64,000 bases of DNA from Blasia pusilla (GCA_050084515.1 CM114271.1:35774001-35838000); one strand, 5' to 3'; positions 42,440 to 55,560 are shown, counted from the first letter of the stretch. Numbers and translations: made by a program. The notes: a model not told the origin generated them from the sequence alone.

Positions 42440-44555
42440 AGTGCTCCACCAACAAAGACGTGGTAGGACTCTGCATCAGTCACTATCGCCTTGGCTGCAC
42501 CACGGACTCATCTATAGGATGTCCCGAGAGAATCCTCACCACGACCTCCTATCGGGTAATATACTGTGTGGTACTTGCTCCACCCAAGGATGTCTGTATC
42601 CAGAATGGACAACGTGCCACATCGGCTCTCGTCAAGCCCAATCTTTTGAATGACGCTTTTCCCAGCATCAGGGGTTGCGCTCCTAAATCCAACAAGACGC
42701 GTTGCGGACTAAAAGCTCTACCTCTTGGACTCACCAACTAGAAGACCTCTCCCCGGTTATCTATTAAAACAACACCAAAATAATCCATGGCACGCTCTAT
42801 CGGGGGTCTAGCGGGCATCTCCGCCATCCTACCAGCCGCAGCCTGCCATGAATCTGACATGGACAGCCCGAGTATTAGCTCCAAGGACATGTCCATCACC
42901 TTCTCTGCAATCACCTGTGAACGTGACGCAGGAACTCCAACTCCAAACTCACATAGCGTACCGGCCAGCTGAAAAACCTCGACGGGCGTACTTCCCAACG
43001 TCATAACATCGAAAGAAAAAAATAAAGGAGCGCGGTACATAACGGTGGCCGCCCCCAACAACGTGCTCGACACATGCCCCTCATGAGCATGAGCAATAGG
43101 AGTTGTCGCACTTGTTTCTCCCATTGCCCTCCGTGCGTGCACACCAATAACATCACCAACTCTCCGGGAACTCTGATCAGGACCCATCAATAGGTTCCTC
43201 ATCACCTCAAACAACGTGAAAGACTGAGGAACCTCAATGCCATAGCGGAAATCTGCTCCTATAGCTGCTGTATCTAAGCAACAATCCCAACCTCACGCCC
43301 AACGTCTCTCTCGACGCGTCTAGGTGGTGGGACTCTACCTCCTCCACGGGAAATTCCAATTCGGGCAACTCCAGTTCCTTGTCTCCCAACGGGACCACCT
43401 GCTCCACGATCTCTAGGCCCACCAGGACCGGCTACTCGCTCTGGTGCCCTCTTTGGCCCTCGGTCCAGACGTAACTCGAGGATGTAAACTGAAATACCTC
43501 ATGCATGTGTGACCATACCTCTCATAAAAGTCACACTGATAACCTCCTGGTGCAGCACCATCTCCTCTACCATGCTCAGGCACACGTCCATGACCCTGAT
43601 GAGTGCAATCGCGTTGATGATGGACTCCACCACATGACCAACAAGTAATCATAGGCGGCTCCTACTGAGCTGCATATGAAGAGGCAGGTCTCTATGGCAC
43701 GGCCTCCCGGTATCCTCTCTGAGCTTGTGGTGCCACAGTCAACCTATCTTGGAGTCCACGTTGTTGCACTAGTGATGCAGACAATCGTGACTGCTCTCAC
43801 CCATAACCCATGGTGGCTACGCTCTCCTCCATCATATTGCACTCAATGTTCTCGGCGGTCCTAAAAAAATCCCTCAAGGTAGGGGAGGTGTTCATAAGAA
43901 GCACTCCCTCCCGCACCCATGTCCGTAGGGTCCGATCCAGCATTGCGTACCCTTACTGGATAGTTTGAACCTCTGTCACCCCCTGAGTGACGTTGATCAA
44001 CCGGCACAAGTGAGTGTAAGCCTCACGCAAACTCTCACTCGGGCGCCTCTGGAAGTTGTGGATGCTCCGCAACTTCTCCATCCGTACCCCCTGGTAGCTC
44101 ACCCTCAACTCAGCGAAGAACTCAACCATGGGGTTGAACTTGGGACGAACCTGACTAGACGGTGCAACTGCTCCAATGCGAGTGACCCCTCCTAAAACAT
44201 CAATAGTGGAAGAGGAAGTAGCCTCTCCTGACTCCTCCTCCTCATCTGGGAATGGCTCTGTCCATGACACATAGTGTGGATCATAGTAGAGTCGCCATGC
44301 CTCAATCTCCTGGGCATATCTGTGGGAGAATTCATGGTAATTGTCCATGGGCATCCCCTCTAAATGCTGGAACATACCATTCCATATTGTAAACGGGTAG
44401 AAATCTCCAGAGTTCCTAGCCTCCTGTGAGTCACACCAACTCCTAAACTTTGCAATGAAGTCGTATAGCTCTATAGTGCCAACAGCACCCGAAAACCTAC
44501 ACGGTCCTCTATCCCGGTCGTCCATCTCGTACGCCCAACTGGTAGGATGACTCAA
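42440..44555 (-). pseudogene. gag and aspartic protease region (copy 2)
   Basis: IELYDFIAKFRSWC; zinc knuckles CWSCGGVHHQRDC and CDFYERYGHTC; RVLLDLGAQPLMLG. Confidence 0.85.
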
Positions 44556-45377
44556 TGTGTACGATGGATCACTAACACACTACTCTAGACACTACCCCTC
44601 GTTTGAAGACGACACAGAAGCAGATTGAGGTGGTCTCTTACGTGGACACCCTTGAAACCTCGCACCCCTCTGGGTAAACCCTCTAGAGCTACTCTCAGGT
44701 CCACAACCTTGCCTCTCAAAATCTCGAAAGAACGCCATGATGGCCCTTGTGCCCCTCTCACACAATCACTCTCAATCTCACAAGTAATCCCTCAATCACT
44801 AAAACTAAACATGCGGCACTCAATCTACACTCTCTCACTAAGTCGTGTGGTATACGGCAACAAGCAGCGCAATCCGGAAAATCAAGTGATCTATCGTCTC
44901 ATCGACATCCCACACACGTCTATGTCCCCTAAACCCATACATCATCGATGCTCTTAGCATCAACACGAAACCCAATATCCCAAATAACTTCCCAATATCC
45001 AGAAATCCCTCACACGTGCAAGATAAGGGACTACAATGGATAACCTCACAATAATGTCAATGTCGCTCCTCGATAACTGCAAATCTCGACCCCAACTCGA
45101 TCGTGAAGATAACTCCTCCAATTAGCAAGTCGTACTCCTCTCGTATTGACGTTGCTCAAAACTCCTCAATGTGCGGTGCAGGTTCAGCGGTCCGGTACGG
45201 CACTGGTGGCACAAAACGGCTACAAACGACATGATACTCGGGAATGGTGTGCGGCACTCGGCAGCATATCCTCCTCAATCAGAAATTCACACGCTCTGCT
45301 CCTTAGTAAAGGAGCGGCTCCCCGATCCGAACGGTGCGGTGAGGCCACAAGCGGCACGGTGCGGCGATCGGCGGCGC

Positions 45378-46654
45378 TATGGTATAGTAAAATCAGCCAA
45401 TGTGTAAACTCCTTTCTGGTTAAGTATTAGCTAGAGTTTTATTAGTATTAAGTAAATTAGTTTAGGAAAAGAAAATTCTCATGTTTAAACGTCTTTATGG
45501 TGCCTCTTTTATGCGGGCCCAACTTTAGGAAAAGAGGTAATAAATAAAAGATGACTTTATAAAAGTAAAGTAGTGAGGTTGGTGATTTAATGAAAAGAAA
45601 AAGTAGGTTTGGTTGGTGGCTAGGTTAGTTGGGATAATTTGGAAAATATCAAGTGGGTAAAAGATGATATTTTAGAAGATATAAGAGGAAATCTACTTGT
45701 GTCAAAATATGATTGGCTAAGCCTTGAAAGGAAGCCATATGGCACAAGATAAGTTTAACTCTATTTCGTACTCTTATGGATCTCTTGTGAGTATATAAAG
45801 AGGAGGGACCTTCAAGGGTTCATCACCTTCTATTCCACATTTTGAGTCTTTCATGTCACTCTTGAGTGTATGGCTTTGGGATTGCTTGCTCTTCCAATGA
45901 GAGTGGATCACCCCTCTTGGGAGAGTAGCTTGACCATGGTCTATTCTTCGAGAGATTTCTAGAGTGTGATGTGTGTGTGGAGATGAGTGGTTTGTCACCT
46001 TAGAGGAGTGTAGTCATACTAAAATAATGAATGTTTTGGCTTGTTACTTTCCCAATGAGAGTGGATTACCCTTCTTGGGAGAATAACTCTGCCAAAATCC
46101 ATTCTTGAGGAGAGTAGAGAATGTCTATCAAACATGGATAGGGGTGGAGCACGAATTGTGCCCGACTTTCCTTTCCTCAATCCATACCATGTCAAATATT
46201 CTTTGTAGATAGGCACTGGTTCACTCGCTATTTAGTTTATCACTTTGGGGAGGCGTTCATGAACCAGGTCATTCAATCTCCAACTCCCGTGATCTTTCTT
46301 ATCGTCACATATGGAAGGAGATGGGATTGTACTTTGTATGTTCTTATATAACAATCCATGGACGTCAATAGGCCTGCTCGAGTAGGATTTAACACTAGTT
46401 ATGCTATCTTCCTCGTGTACAAGCGTAAAGTAGTTTATAGGGATTTTATAGTAAGGAATTTCAGGGTCCGATGTTACGAAGAAGTGATCGCCTCGGCACT
46501 TCCATTTGTGATACATGTTGTGAGAGAATGGAGAGTATACATAATAGTCTTGTATTGAAAAAGGAGAACTTCTTAAAGAGTTTACCTTGCATCGACCACG
46601 TCTGCTACAACTAGAAGGCTTGCCCTTACTCGAAGAAAGGCTCTCGACACAACA
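45378..46654 (+). mobile_element. ~1.27 kb solo-LTR-like unit, copy 2, inserted in the leader of gypsy copy 2
   Basis: Absent from the homologous site in copy 1 (~2984, GGCGGCGCGTT). Ends TATGGTATAG...CGACACAACA; flanks GCGC / ACAC. Confidence 0.8.
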
Positions 46655-46944
46655 ACACGTTGCGGCTACGGGCGTCACGGCACGGCACTCGATCGTCATC
46701 AAGCGGCTACCAATCACAACATAGCAACATGAAATGAAAACTCAAACATCATAACCCGAGGTCACGTGCCATCATTGGTTGATGACGAAACTCCAATGAC
46801 GGTGGTGGCCAAACCAAAGTACGTGATGGCGGCGCAAGTCAGAGAATCAGCGGTTGTCGTGGAAGACCCTCCACTCCGTAATGGCGGAAATGGCAACCAA
46901 GGGTGGACAACGACTGAACGCGGCGCTAGGCGGTGGACGATGGA

Positions 46945-47050
46945 AGGTGGACCGTTGACGATGACGGTTGACCGTTGATGATGACGGTTGACCGTTGATG
47001 ATGACGGTTGACCGTTGATGATGATGGTTGACCATTGACGATGATGGTGA
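46945..47050. repeat. 21-bp tandem repeat (GATGACGGTTGACCGTTGATG-like), ~4-5 units, in the element leader
   Basis: Direct reading; fewer, more degenerate units at ~3270-3340. Confidence 0.85.
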
Positions 47051-48217
47051 TGATTGAACGTCGACGGTTGAAGATGACTATGACGACGATCGCCTAGCAA
47101 TGGCAATTTTGCAAGATTGATCATAACTTTTTGTTCGTAACTTTACATTGCACATTGTTTGTTGCAAAGCGTGCACAGCTTCACGATCTACAACGGCATC
47201 AAAAAATATTTTGAATCAAATATTCTAGTAAAAACAAACGGGGACTATCGTAAAGCCCAATGTTTCTCCGACATAAAATTCGGCAACGCTTCCGCGCTGA
47301 TTTCTCCCAACAAAAATGTAAAACCTGTGAGAACACAAATTAGTAAGCTACATGGTGCTCCCAAGAGCACCAGCATGGAAAAATCCGCCCCCATACTCAA
47401 TTCCTATCGAAAATTGGGCAACGCTTCCGCGTGCCACTCTCCCGTACAAAAAATCAGCAAAGCAAAGCAGCAAACTTGCAAGGCTCTTGCTCCAGTGAGC
47501 ACTCCCATGAGCCATGAAGCGGGGAACACGGTCCCCCAACCTGCACCAAACATCGAGCAACCAACGAGCTCTCCATGAAGCTCTCTCACTCACTTATTCT
47601 CTCGTTGTAAAATATGATCCAATCTCTCTCACAACACCATAGTTCTCACATGTGTGCACTCTCACATATCTCTCTCATTGTCAAACCAAACCCACTCTCC
47701 TAATGAGAGGTTTGGGTTACACACACAAGGTAAGCAAGGCCATAGCTCCGTCGCCTCATGCCAAGATGTTCAACAAAGAGAGAATGAGCTCTCAAACTCT
47801 CTCTCCTTGAGGTATACCCCTCCCCTCTCCCAAGCTCTCTCCATGGTAACCTATGCTCCCAAGTTACCTCCTTGGCTCTTGACTTGATGTAGGAGGTCAA
47901 GGGCCACTTACCAAAAATAGAAAGTCGATCATATACTCAAAATGGTACTTATCTAAAATAGTAAGTTCCTCAATATGGCTCCAAACGAACCGAAACGAAA
48001 GGGAAAGCGTGCTCTCTCAGGTTTCTCGAGGCTTCGGTGGGTCATCTCCGACCTACTGAGCTTGTCCTCCACTACTCACAAAGGCGCTCTACTAGATCTC
48101 ACCGATCTATCCTAAAAGACATGACAGCCCACATGAAGATGTCCGTTGCTAGGACGGACATTATTCTACCAACATAGACTTTTTCCATGTGTAACCTTGC
48201 CAATATATCGTTGACAT

Positions 48218-48400
48218 CAAGGTTGCAGGGAAACGCACATGTCCACAAAGATGTTACTCAAGTACCCACGGCCCGCATCCCAGCCCGTTGAGCCCATAGC
48301 GAGCACCCGGGCTGGCCGAGCTTGCACCGGTTTTGTGGCCCTCGTGCAATCCACGACCAACCCGGGAAGGGCCTCCGTTAGGGGAGCAAGCCTGTCCGAA
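48218..48400. mobile_element. Truncated hAT-type MITE (left end only)
   Basis: CAAGGTTGCAGGGAAACGCACATGTCC at 48218; no right TIR seen; right boundary approximate. Confidence 0.55.
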
Positions 48401-51400
48401 TTCTCCACCGGCAAGAATTGAAGGTTCCTGTACAAAACTTCGAAACACACGTAAATATTACGGAAAAAGCGGTCCAGTCAGTCTCCGCAGCCTTCAACCG
48501 GGAAAAAGAAGTCCTTGGAAACTCTCCTAAACCGTGATCCGGCCAACGTTGACATGCCACTAGTCCACAGTCCAGTGCACTCACTGGTAGTGACAAGTCA
48601 GCGTTTCCTCCGAAGAAAGTGACGATCGAAATTTGAAACACGGACGTTCCGGACTCGGCACTGTCTCGGCAGACTCCGGAGAACGCATCGAAAGTCGAGT
48701 TCATGATGAAATCTTGAGAAGATTTTGATCATGAGCTGTAATTATTATTCAGACGCAGTGACCACGCGCAAGAAGTACCACACTACTATAGAAGGTACGG
48801 GTTAACAGACTCAGAGCACGACAATCTTGAATCTTCGTCCTCGAATGCACATGGGAACTTGAAGGGAGAGAATCTGCGTCATAGAATGAATGCACTGAAC
48901 CACTGTCAAAGAACTCCGAGAATGAAGACCTACTGCAGCCTATTCTAGACTAGATAGACATTAACCGTTTCTGTTCGTGGCTTTTCCCGCCCTTCCCTTC
49001 CTTCCTGGCCTCTGGAGAATGGAACGAAGAAGTGAAGAATCTGACGATCACGCTGCCTCAGCTGCGAGGATTGAAGATCGCATCATCACAATCATCATCG
49101 TGGATCTACTAAGTAACGAACATTGCAGTTCATGCGAAATGTGACCGATTTGAGTTGTTTCTTCGGAGTACCATAGTCGCGGAAGTCAAATTAAGACCGG
49201 CGAAGACAGATCGGATCGCCATTGAGAACCTTGAGAATGATCTAGAATTGCATACGCACGTCGTCTCTACTTTCTGAGCGTTGAGATGTGGATGGAATTG
49301 ATCGCTGCTGGTTTTCCGTTCATCGTGCCACGTTTTAGACTGTCGAAACCTCACGGGAGTCTTCGGGTTCTCCCGTTGAGTGTGTGATCGCCCGTTTCAT
49401 TTCCCCTTTCCCTCCTTTTCTCGTACGTAGAAATTCAAAGTCAACTTCGACAAATCCATATGTACGAGGACCAAATAATAGTAATATTATATTTTATTTA
49501 TGAAAGAAATTTTATTGATTCAAAACAGACATTTGGAATGGTTTTGATTGTTAAAAGGAATGAAGTTTCGTGTATTGGAGAGTGAGATTTAAATGGATTG
49601 TTAATACGAGGAAATGGGTGCAATGACTTCAAATTTTCTATTTTTTATGTTTTACACTCGTCTTAGTTGTGAGTGTGGTCTCCTTGGTGATGCACGTCTT
49701 GATGCCAATTTCAAGTTTTATTTTTGTGGCAATTTTTAATTCTTAGTGTTTGTACCTATTCCACATTAAAAAAGATCCCCTTTATCCTCTTTTGCATTCG
49801 TGCATATCCACATAACCTTTCATGAATTAGAGATGAATATTTGGAATTGAAATAAGCCTATCTCCCATAGAATAAAGCTTGATATCAATAACTTACCTAT
49901 TCTCTTTGAAATCCAATATGTAGGAGTTGTATGTTTAAAACCATTGGACAATTCAATTCATTTGAGAATTTGAGATATGTTAACTCCACTTGGAAAGTGC
50001 CCAATCAAAGATTTAGATATTCTAAAAACCTCTTCAAGAAGAAGGAATCCCTAATTTAGGTTTCTCATTTTTTATTCTTAGTGTGACTATCCATTATGGT
50101 TTTAAAAAGTCCAACTTGTCCTTACTTCTTTACAAATCCATTCATGTCTCTAAAAACTAGCGATAATTTTGGAGGAAAAATGTGGATTTGAAAGAGATAC
50201 AATTCCCATGAAAGGAAACTCCATACGAAATAAAATGCTTATTATTTTCAAACTCTCTCATTCTTGTAAAAATTATATTTTGAAAAAAAATTGTAACAAT
50301 TGCACGAATTTTAATTTTTAGATATATTTAATAAATAAAACATAATGGTATAAAATATTTCTATCTTCCCATAATAAGTGAATATTTCTAAATTTATAAT
50401 TATTTAAAAAAATTACCCGAGAATATAATTTTGATATTATTATATTATGATATATGGATTTTTATGATATTACCTAAAAATCTTATCTATTGGTAAGAAA
50501 GTGTTGTTACATTGATATGACATCTTGGGATATCTCATTCCTTATAGTAATAATTATGCTAGTTGTAACACTAATAATTTAGTAATTCTTGGGACGTCTA
50601 TTCTAATGAGAGCCCAAAAAAACTCCTACCATACCATAGGAATACTAATTAGTAAATTAATGATAATTATTCATTCTTAAGAGAGGGAGAGAGAGAGAGG
50701 GGCTCATAAAAAAACATTTTTCCTTATCTTGGTCTTCACGCAAGATAATTTTAATTTTTTATTAAATGTTTGTCTTCTAGATAGACTTTGAGAAACATCA
50801 TTCAAGTTTTGGATGATTTCTCTAAACTAACATTCTGTAAAAAATCATGCTTGTCATATCTCACTTCATTTTTAGCTGAGCTTTATTTTCTAATGCATGT
50901 AATAATACATCAACCAAATTTACACATGGGTTGGAATTATATACCCACTTATATGGAGGTTTTTATATTTATGTCAAATCATGTGAAGAGAATGGATTGA
51001 ATACTTCTAACATTAATTTATGAAATAAGATCTCATTGGTGGATTTGGATGAGGGTAATAGAATATTCAACCGAGTCCAAAAACTTGAATCACACCCACT
51101 TGTGAAAATAAAGAAACGTTAATATGTTGATATAACTACTCATTTGAGTTATTTCTATCCTCTTGAAGAAAGAAAGTTCATACTTTATCTATTATGACGA
51201 CCACTACCTTTTCTTGTAAAGCCTTCTCTTTAAATGAGTCTTTATCAACATCATCTTTATTGACCATTTAAACTTCCAAGAATTTTCTTACATTTTCAAC
51301 TTGTAATTTAAATGAAGAACCACATTCCTTTTTAAAAGAAAATATAGATGTAATGGAGGTAGTTCATGAGGTGTTGCACTTGACACATGCTACTTTTATT

Positions 51401-52642
51401 ACATAGGCCATTTTTGGAAACTAGGCTAACTTTTAGCTTTATAAAACTCCAATTTCTTCATGGGCCCCACTACACTATGAAAAGCTTAACAAACAAAGTT
51501 ATGTGGTTTATCTAACTTGCCACTTTCACTACTCCTTTTTAATACATTGTCTCCCAATCTTCATACTATTATGGGCTAAGCTTTCAACTACACCACAAAT
51601 CCTATGCTAATTTGAAATTAGCTTAAGTAATTTGTAAGAGTTGACTTTATTTTGGCTCTATACTTCCTTGCTTTTCCTTAGAGTTATGTGTTAGAACCAC
51701 AAAGGAGTGGGATCATTTATGGTTGGGTACCTAAAACATACTTTGGAATGACATACTTCACTTTTACAAAACGTCTCATATGCCCATGTAGCAAAGAGTA
51801 AGATGAAATCAACTTGTTGGAATCTACTGTCTCTATTCATGGGATAAGCTCTATCCATATTCACTTATGATCATATGGAAACTAGGTTGGGAGGATGTGT
51901 TAGTCCATAAAAGAGTGTTACAAGAATTTTCTCTTTTAGGATGAGATAATTTCAAGAGAAAGATATTGTGGCGAAAGGGGTGCTAATCTAGATTAAAATT
52001 CTTCAAGAAATTGTATTATTGATGGTGATAAGTTTAAATGAAAACTAATAATAATTTTAAAAAAATTTAAAGAATTTTTTATCTTATTAAGCTAGCGGAG
52101 GCCAATTATCATGTGACCAAGATAATAATTTTCTTATTGCATGTGACAGAAAAAAAAATCTTGTTATCCTATTACCTTAAGTCAAGCACAGAGTTATTTT
52201 ATTTGAAATAGAAATGATTTTATAGCATGGGAAACTTCTACAATAAAAGAAAAAAATAGAGACATCACAAGATATATCATAATAGAGGTGACGACAATAG
52301 GGAAGTAAATTTTTGTCACTATAAGTAGTTACATAGTAATTTAAATATCTATTTATATTTCATGACTATTCTTTGTAAAAAAGGTTATTTAAAAAAAAGC
52401 TTTTACAACTAAGTGGGGAAGGTAGATAACTTTAATTGATATGGAAGATAATTTTACAAATTTATTATTTTTAAGTCAAGGAAAAAAATTGGAATTTAGT
52501 TTATTTAAAAAAAATTAATATCTAATTTTATAGCAATCCTTGTAATATTTTGATTTGAGAACAAATGGATCATTAAAAAACTAGAACATTTTCTTTTTTT
52601 CAGTATCAGTTTATCACATCTTAATTAGTTTGGGTGCAACTC

Positions 52643-53784
52643 TGTCATAAGGTGGCAGATGATGTTAACGACATGTCCGTTGCGTTCGGAGTGTCGTTTC
52701 TATCAAATCCCTTTTTTTGTCATTTTTGGCGAGGTGACCCATTGACTGAGTCAATGGTTACCCAATAACATGTGCACGGAGGTTACCATTTGGAGGCTAT
52801 TTTTTGAGGAACAGGCTTTTGGCTCTTCCCAAAGCTATAGGAGAGGGAGAGATGGCTTTCCCAAGCCATCTTTATCATGTTGAGCCTTACGAGCACCTCT
52901 CTTGCTTCTGTGTGTATAGGAACTAGGGTGCTAGTGTCCCGATTCCCTCATAACGGAGGATGGATGAGGCTTGATAAGATGATGTAGATTCGAGAGTGGA
53001 GTTGGCCGTGTGAGCTATTTTTACTCCAATCTTACATAAGAAAGATGCAAGGGGGAAGGGGGGAATTTGTTGTATGTAGGTAGGCAAGTGAGTTGCCTTG
53101 GTGGTGAGCCCTTCAAAGTGATGGTTAGTGTTTGTGTTGTCATTGTATTTTACCACTTGTCAAAGGAGACAGAGAATATGCACCCAATGCAACACTCTTC
53201 ACTCGCATTGATCATTTGGAGCAGAGGATTGCTGCCATGACGATGATGGAACTAGTGATAGGTACACAGTTGAGATAGCTAATTTAGTTCCAACCTCCAC
53301 TTTGTATCTTGATACGGGGAAGGATTATGCGTGTTAGAGGTTTATGAGTAGTGGGGCTCAAATCAAGGTTGTTGCGATGGTGACTCGAGGTGTTGTGAGA
53401 GTGACCGAGCTACATAGAGATGGGGTTGAGATAGTCGCACAAGAGGGCGCTGATGGGCGACATATTAGGGTTCCCGAGTTTTTTACGTTGTCAAAGAAAC
53501 TACAAACATCATCGATGGTGCCTAGACGACCTATAGTGCCCACAAGTAAGGCAGGTGCGTCGACGTCAAGAGGAGTTGGAGAGACGACTCTTAGGCTCGG
53601 GTGGAGCCACTAAGCTAGTGTCAACCACGTTGTTGGAGGTGGCCACGAGGATGAGCCAAGATTTTTTGATTTTGGCTATGGACTTGGCGGCGATGGGAGT
53701 TAGTCCAGCGGAGGTGTTTCGATTGGTTGCCACTCTCTGTGAGCATGGAGAAGTGACTGCCTCTCGTTTGGAGGTGGTAGACCT
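52643..53784 (+). mobile_element. Older DNMT-gypsy family copy, left part (A-like repeat plus gag-end); interrupted by copy 3
   Basis: Starts TGTCATA; A-like sequence to ~53050; reads ...EVFRLVATLCEHGEVTASRLEVVDL at the break. Confidence 0.8.
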
Positions 53785-55377
53785 TGTCACATCTGAGTAG
53801 CCGATAGGCCGAGATCTATCGTGGACAGGGTGTAGGAGCCAACAGACTATCTTGAGTGTAACTTCGTCCCACGGTGTCGGATGAGGTTGAGGATAGGTCC
53901 ATTGTGTTAGGAACGTTGTTTCTGACAACCTTCATGTTGAGGTCTTTCACAGCCGGGTGGCTTGTTGACCAGGTCATCCACCCCTGGTAACCTGTGCGTG
54001 CAGGTTACCAAGGGGAGGGCTATTTTTAGGGGAAGAGCCTTTTGGCTCTTCCCAACCCTATATAAGAGAGGAAGGTGGCTTTCCTAAGCCATCTTTCTCA
54101 TGTTGGGTCGTTGGAGCACCTCTCTTGTATGTGTGTGAGATATGACTAGGATGCTAGCGTCCGGATTCCTTGATAGCGTAGGGCGGACGAGGCTCGATAT
54201 GCCGATGTAAATTGAGGAGTGGAGTTTTAGGCCGGGTGTGCCGTTTTTACTACTCTTTATTTTTACATGAGAAAGATGTTAGGGGGCTGGTGGAAATTCG
54301 TTGTTTGCAGGTAGGCAAGCGAATTGCTTTGGTCGGGAGCCCCTGGAGACGTGTGTGTTGCGGGTGTTGGTCATTTTCCTGTTCGAAAGGCCGTGGGCGG
54401 AAGCGCTGTCCATTTTTCTCAAAGTTTGCTGGTGCACATGGATTGAGGACAGTGGCAGAGTGTAGTACGGAGTGGGATGGCGACTTTATTGTTGAGAGTA
54501 GCGAGAGTGTCAAGAAAGAGCATGAAGGAAAGGTTGTAGAGGCAGAGGCGGCCAGGGTGCAGAGGCGTTTAGGTCACAGAGGTGCGGAGGTGTTTAGGTC
54601 ACATTTAGGTTGGAGAGGCGGCCGGCTGCAGAGTCGCACAGTGTGGGAGGCGCGCATAGGGCTGCGCGCCCCCCACAAAAATAAAGAGTAGTAAAAACCG
54701 AACACCCGGCCTAAAACTCCACTCCTCAATCTACATTGGCATATTGAGCCTCGTCCGCCCTGCGCTATCAAGAAATTCGGACGCTAGCATCCTAGTCCTA
54801 TCTCACACACATATAAGAGAGGTGCTCCAACAGCCCAACATGAGAAAGATGGCTTAGGAAAGCCACCTTCCTCTCTTATATAGGGCTGGGAAGAGCAAAA
54901 AGGCTCTTCTTCTAAAAATAGCCCTCCCCTTGATAACCTGCGCGCACAGGTTACCAGGGGCGGATGGCTTGGTCAACAAGTCACCCGGCTGTGAAAGACC
55001 TCAACATGAAAGTTTTCTGAAACAACATTCCTGACACAATGGACCTATTCTCAACCTCATCCGACACGGTGGGACAAAGTTACATTCAAGATAGTCCGCT
55101 CGCTCCTACGCCCTATCCACGATAGATCTCGGCCTATCGGCTACTCAGATGTGACAGCTGTCGTGCGCATACCTATCGCTACACAACATACATCGCTAGT
55201 CACATCTACACCACACAACACTGATCTTCCTCACACACGGGTCGATCCACACATGTACAAAATCAACTCACACATATACATGGAGATCACACAACCGCCC
55301 CCCTAGCTGGCAGTAGGATCCCCCCAACTCCAAATAGAAAAAATCACATCTCTCTGACATGACCTACTACCCTATAC

Positions 55378-55512
55378 ACATCTCGGACACATCCATCATC
55401 TTGTGGGAACCACATCAAGAGGGGGGGTCAGACATGACATATGCCACCCTCGAGAACAACCATCACATACCAACCTGGTGGCTGCACCCCTCGCAGATCC
55501 GCACAACATACA
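55378..55512 (-). pseudogene. PHD finger at the integrase C-terminus (copy 3)
   Basis: CMLCGSARGAATRLVCDGCSRGWHMSCLTPPLDVVPTR*WMCPRC. Confidence 0.92.
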
Positions 55513-55560
55513 CCTCAAGCCTGCAGGTAACCACTGCCAAGCTCGGATCCACCATCCCAT

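Larger units (their letters stand above)
33840..48126 (-). mobile_element. DNMT/PHD Ty3/gypsy-like retrotransposon, copy 2 (both ends present, RT/RNase H deleted); A1-ORFs-B1.A2-B2 structure
   Basis: Coding-strand ends TGTCATG...GCGCAACA. 4-bp TSD GCCC (33836-33839 / 48127-48130). A1 47608-48126; B1 39751-39853; A2 39254-39748 plus 33968-33989; B2 33840-33940. Confidence 0.9.
32145..48199. mobile_element. hAT-type MITE split by nested insertions (own pieces 32145-32428, 33702-33839, 48127-48199)
   Basis: Left end CAAGGTTGTA at 32145, right end TGTAACCTTG at 48199, 8-bp TSD CCAATATC / CCAATATA. Confidence 0.8.

Noticed and set aside
46945-47050. CRISPR-like array
   Set aside because: Head-to-tail tandem units with no unique spacers, inside a retrotransposon leader.
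48400-49400. Possible 5' end of a minus-strand gene
   Set aside because: Only a compositional impression; the ORFs are unrecognisable.
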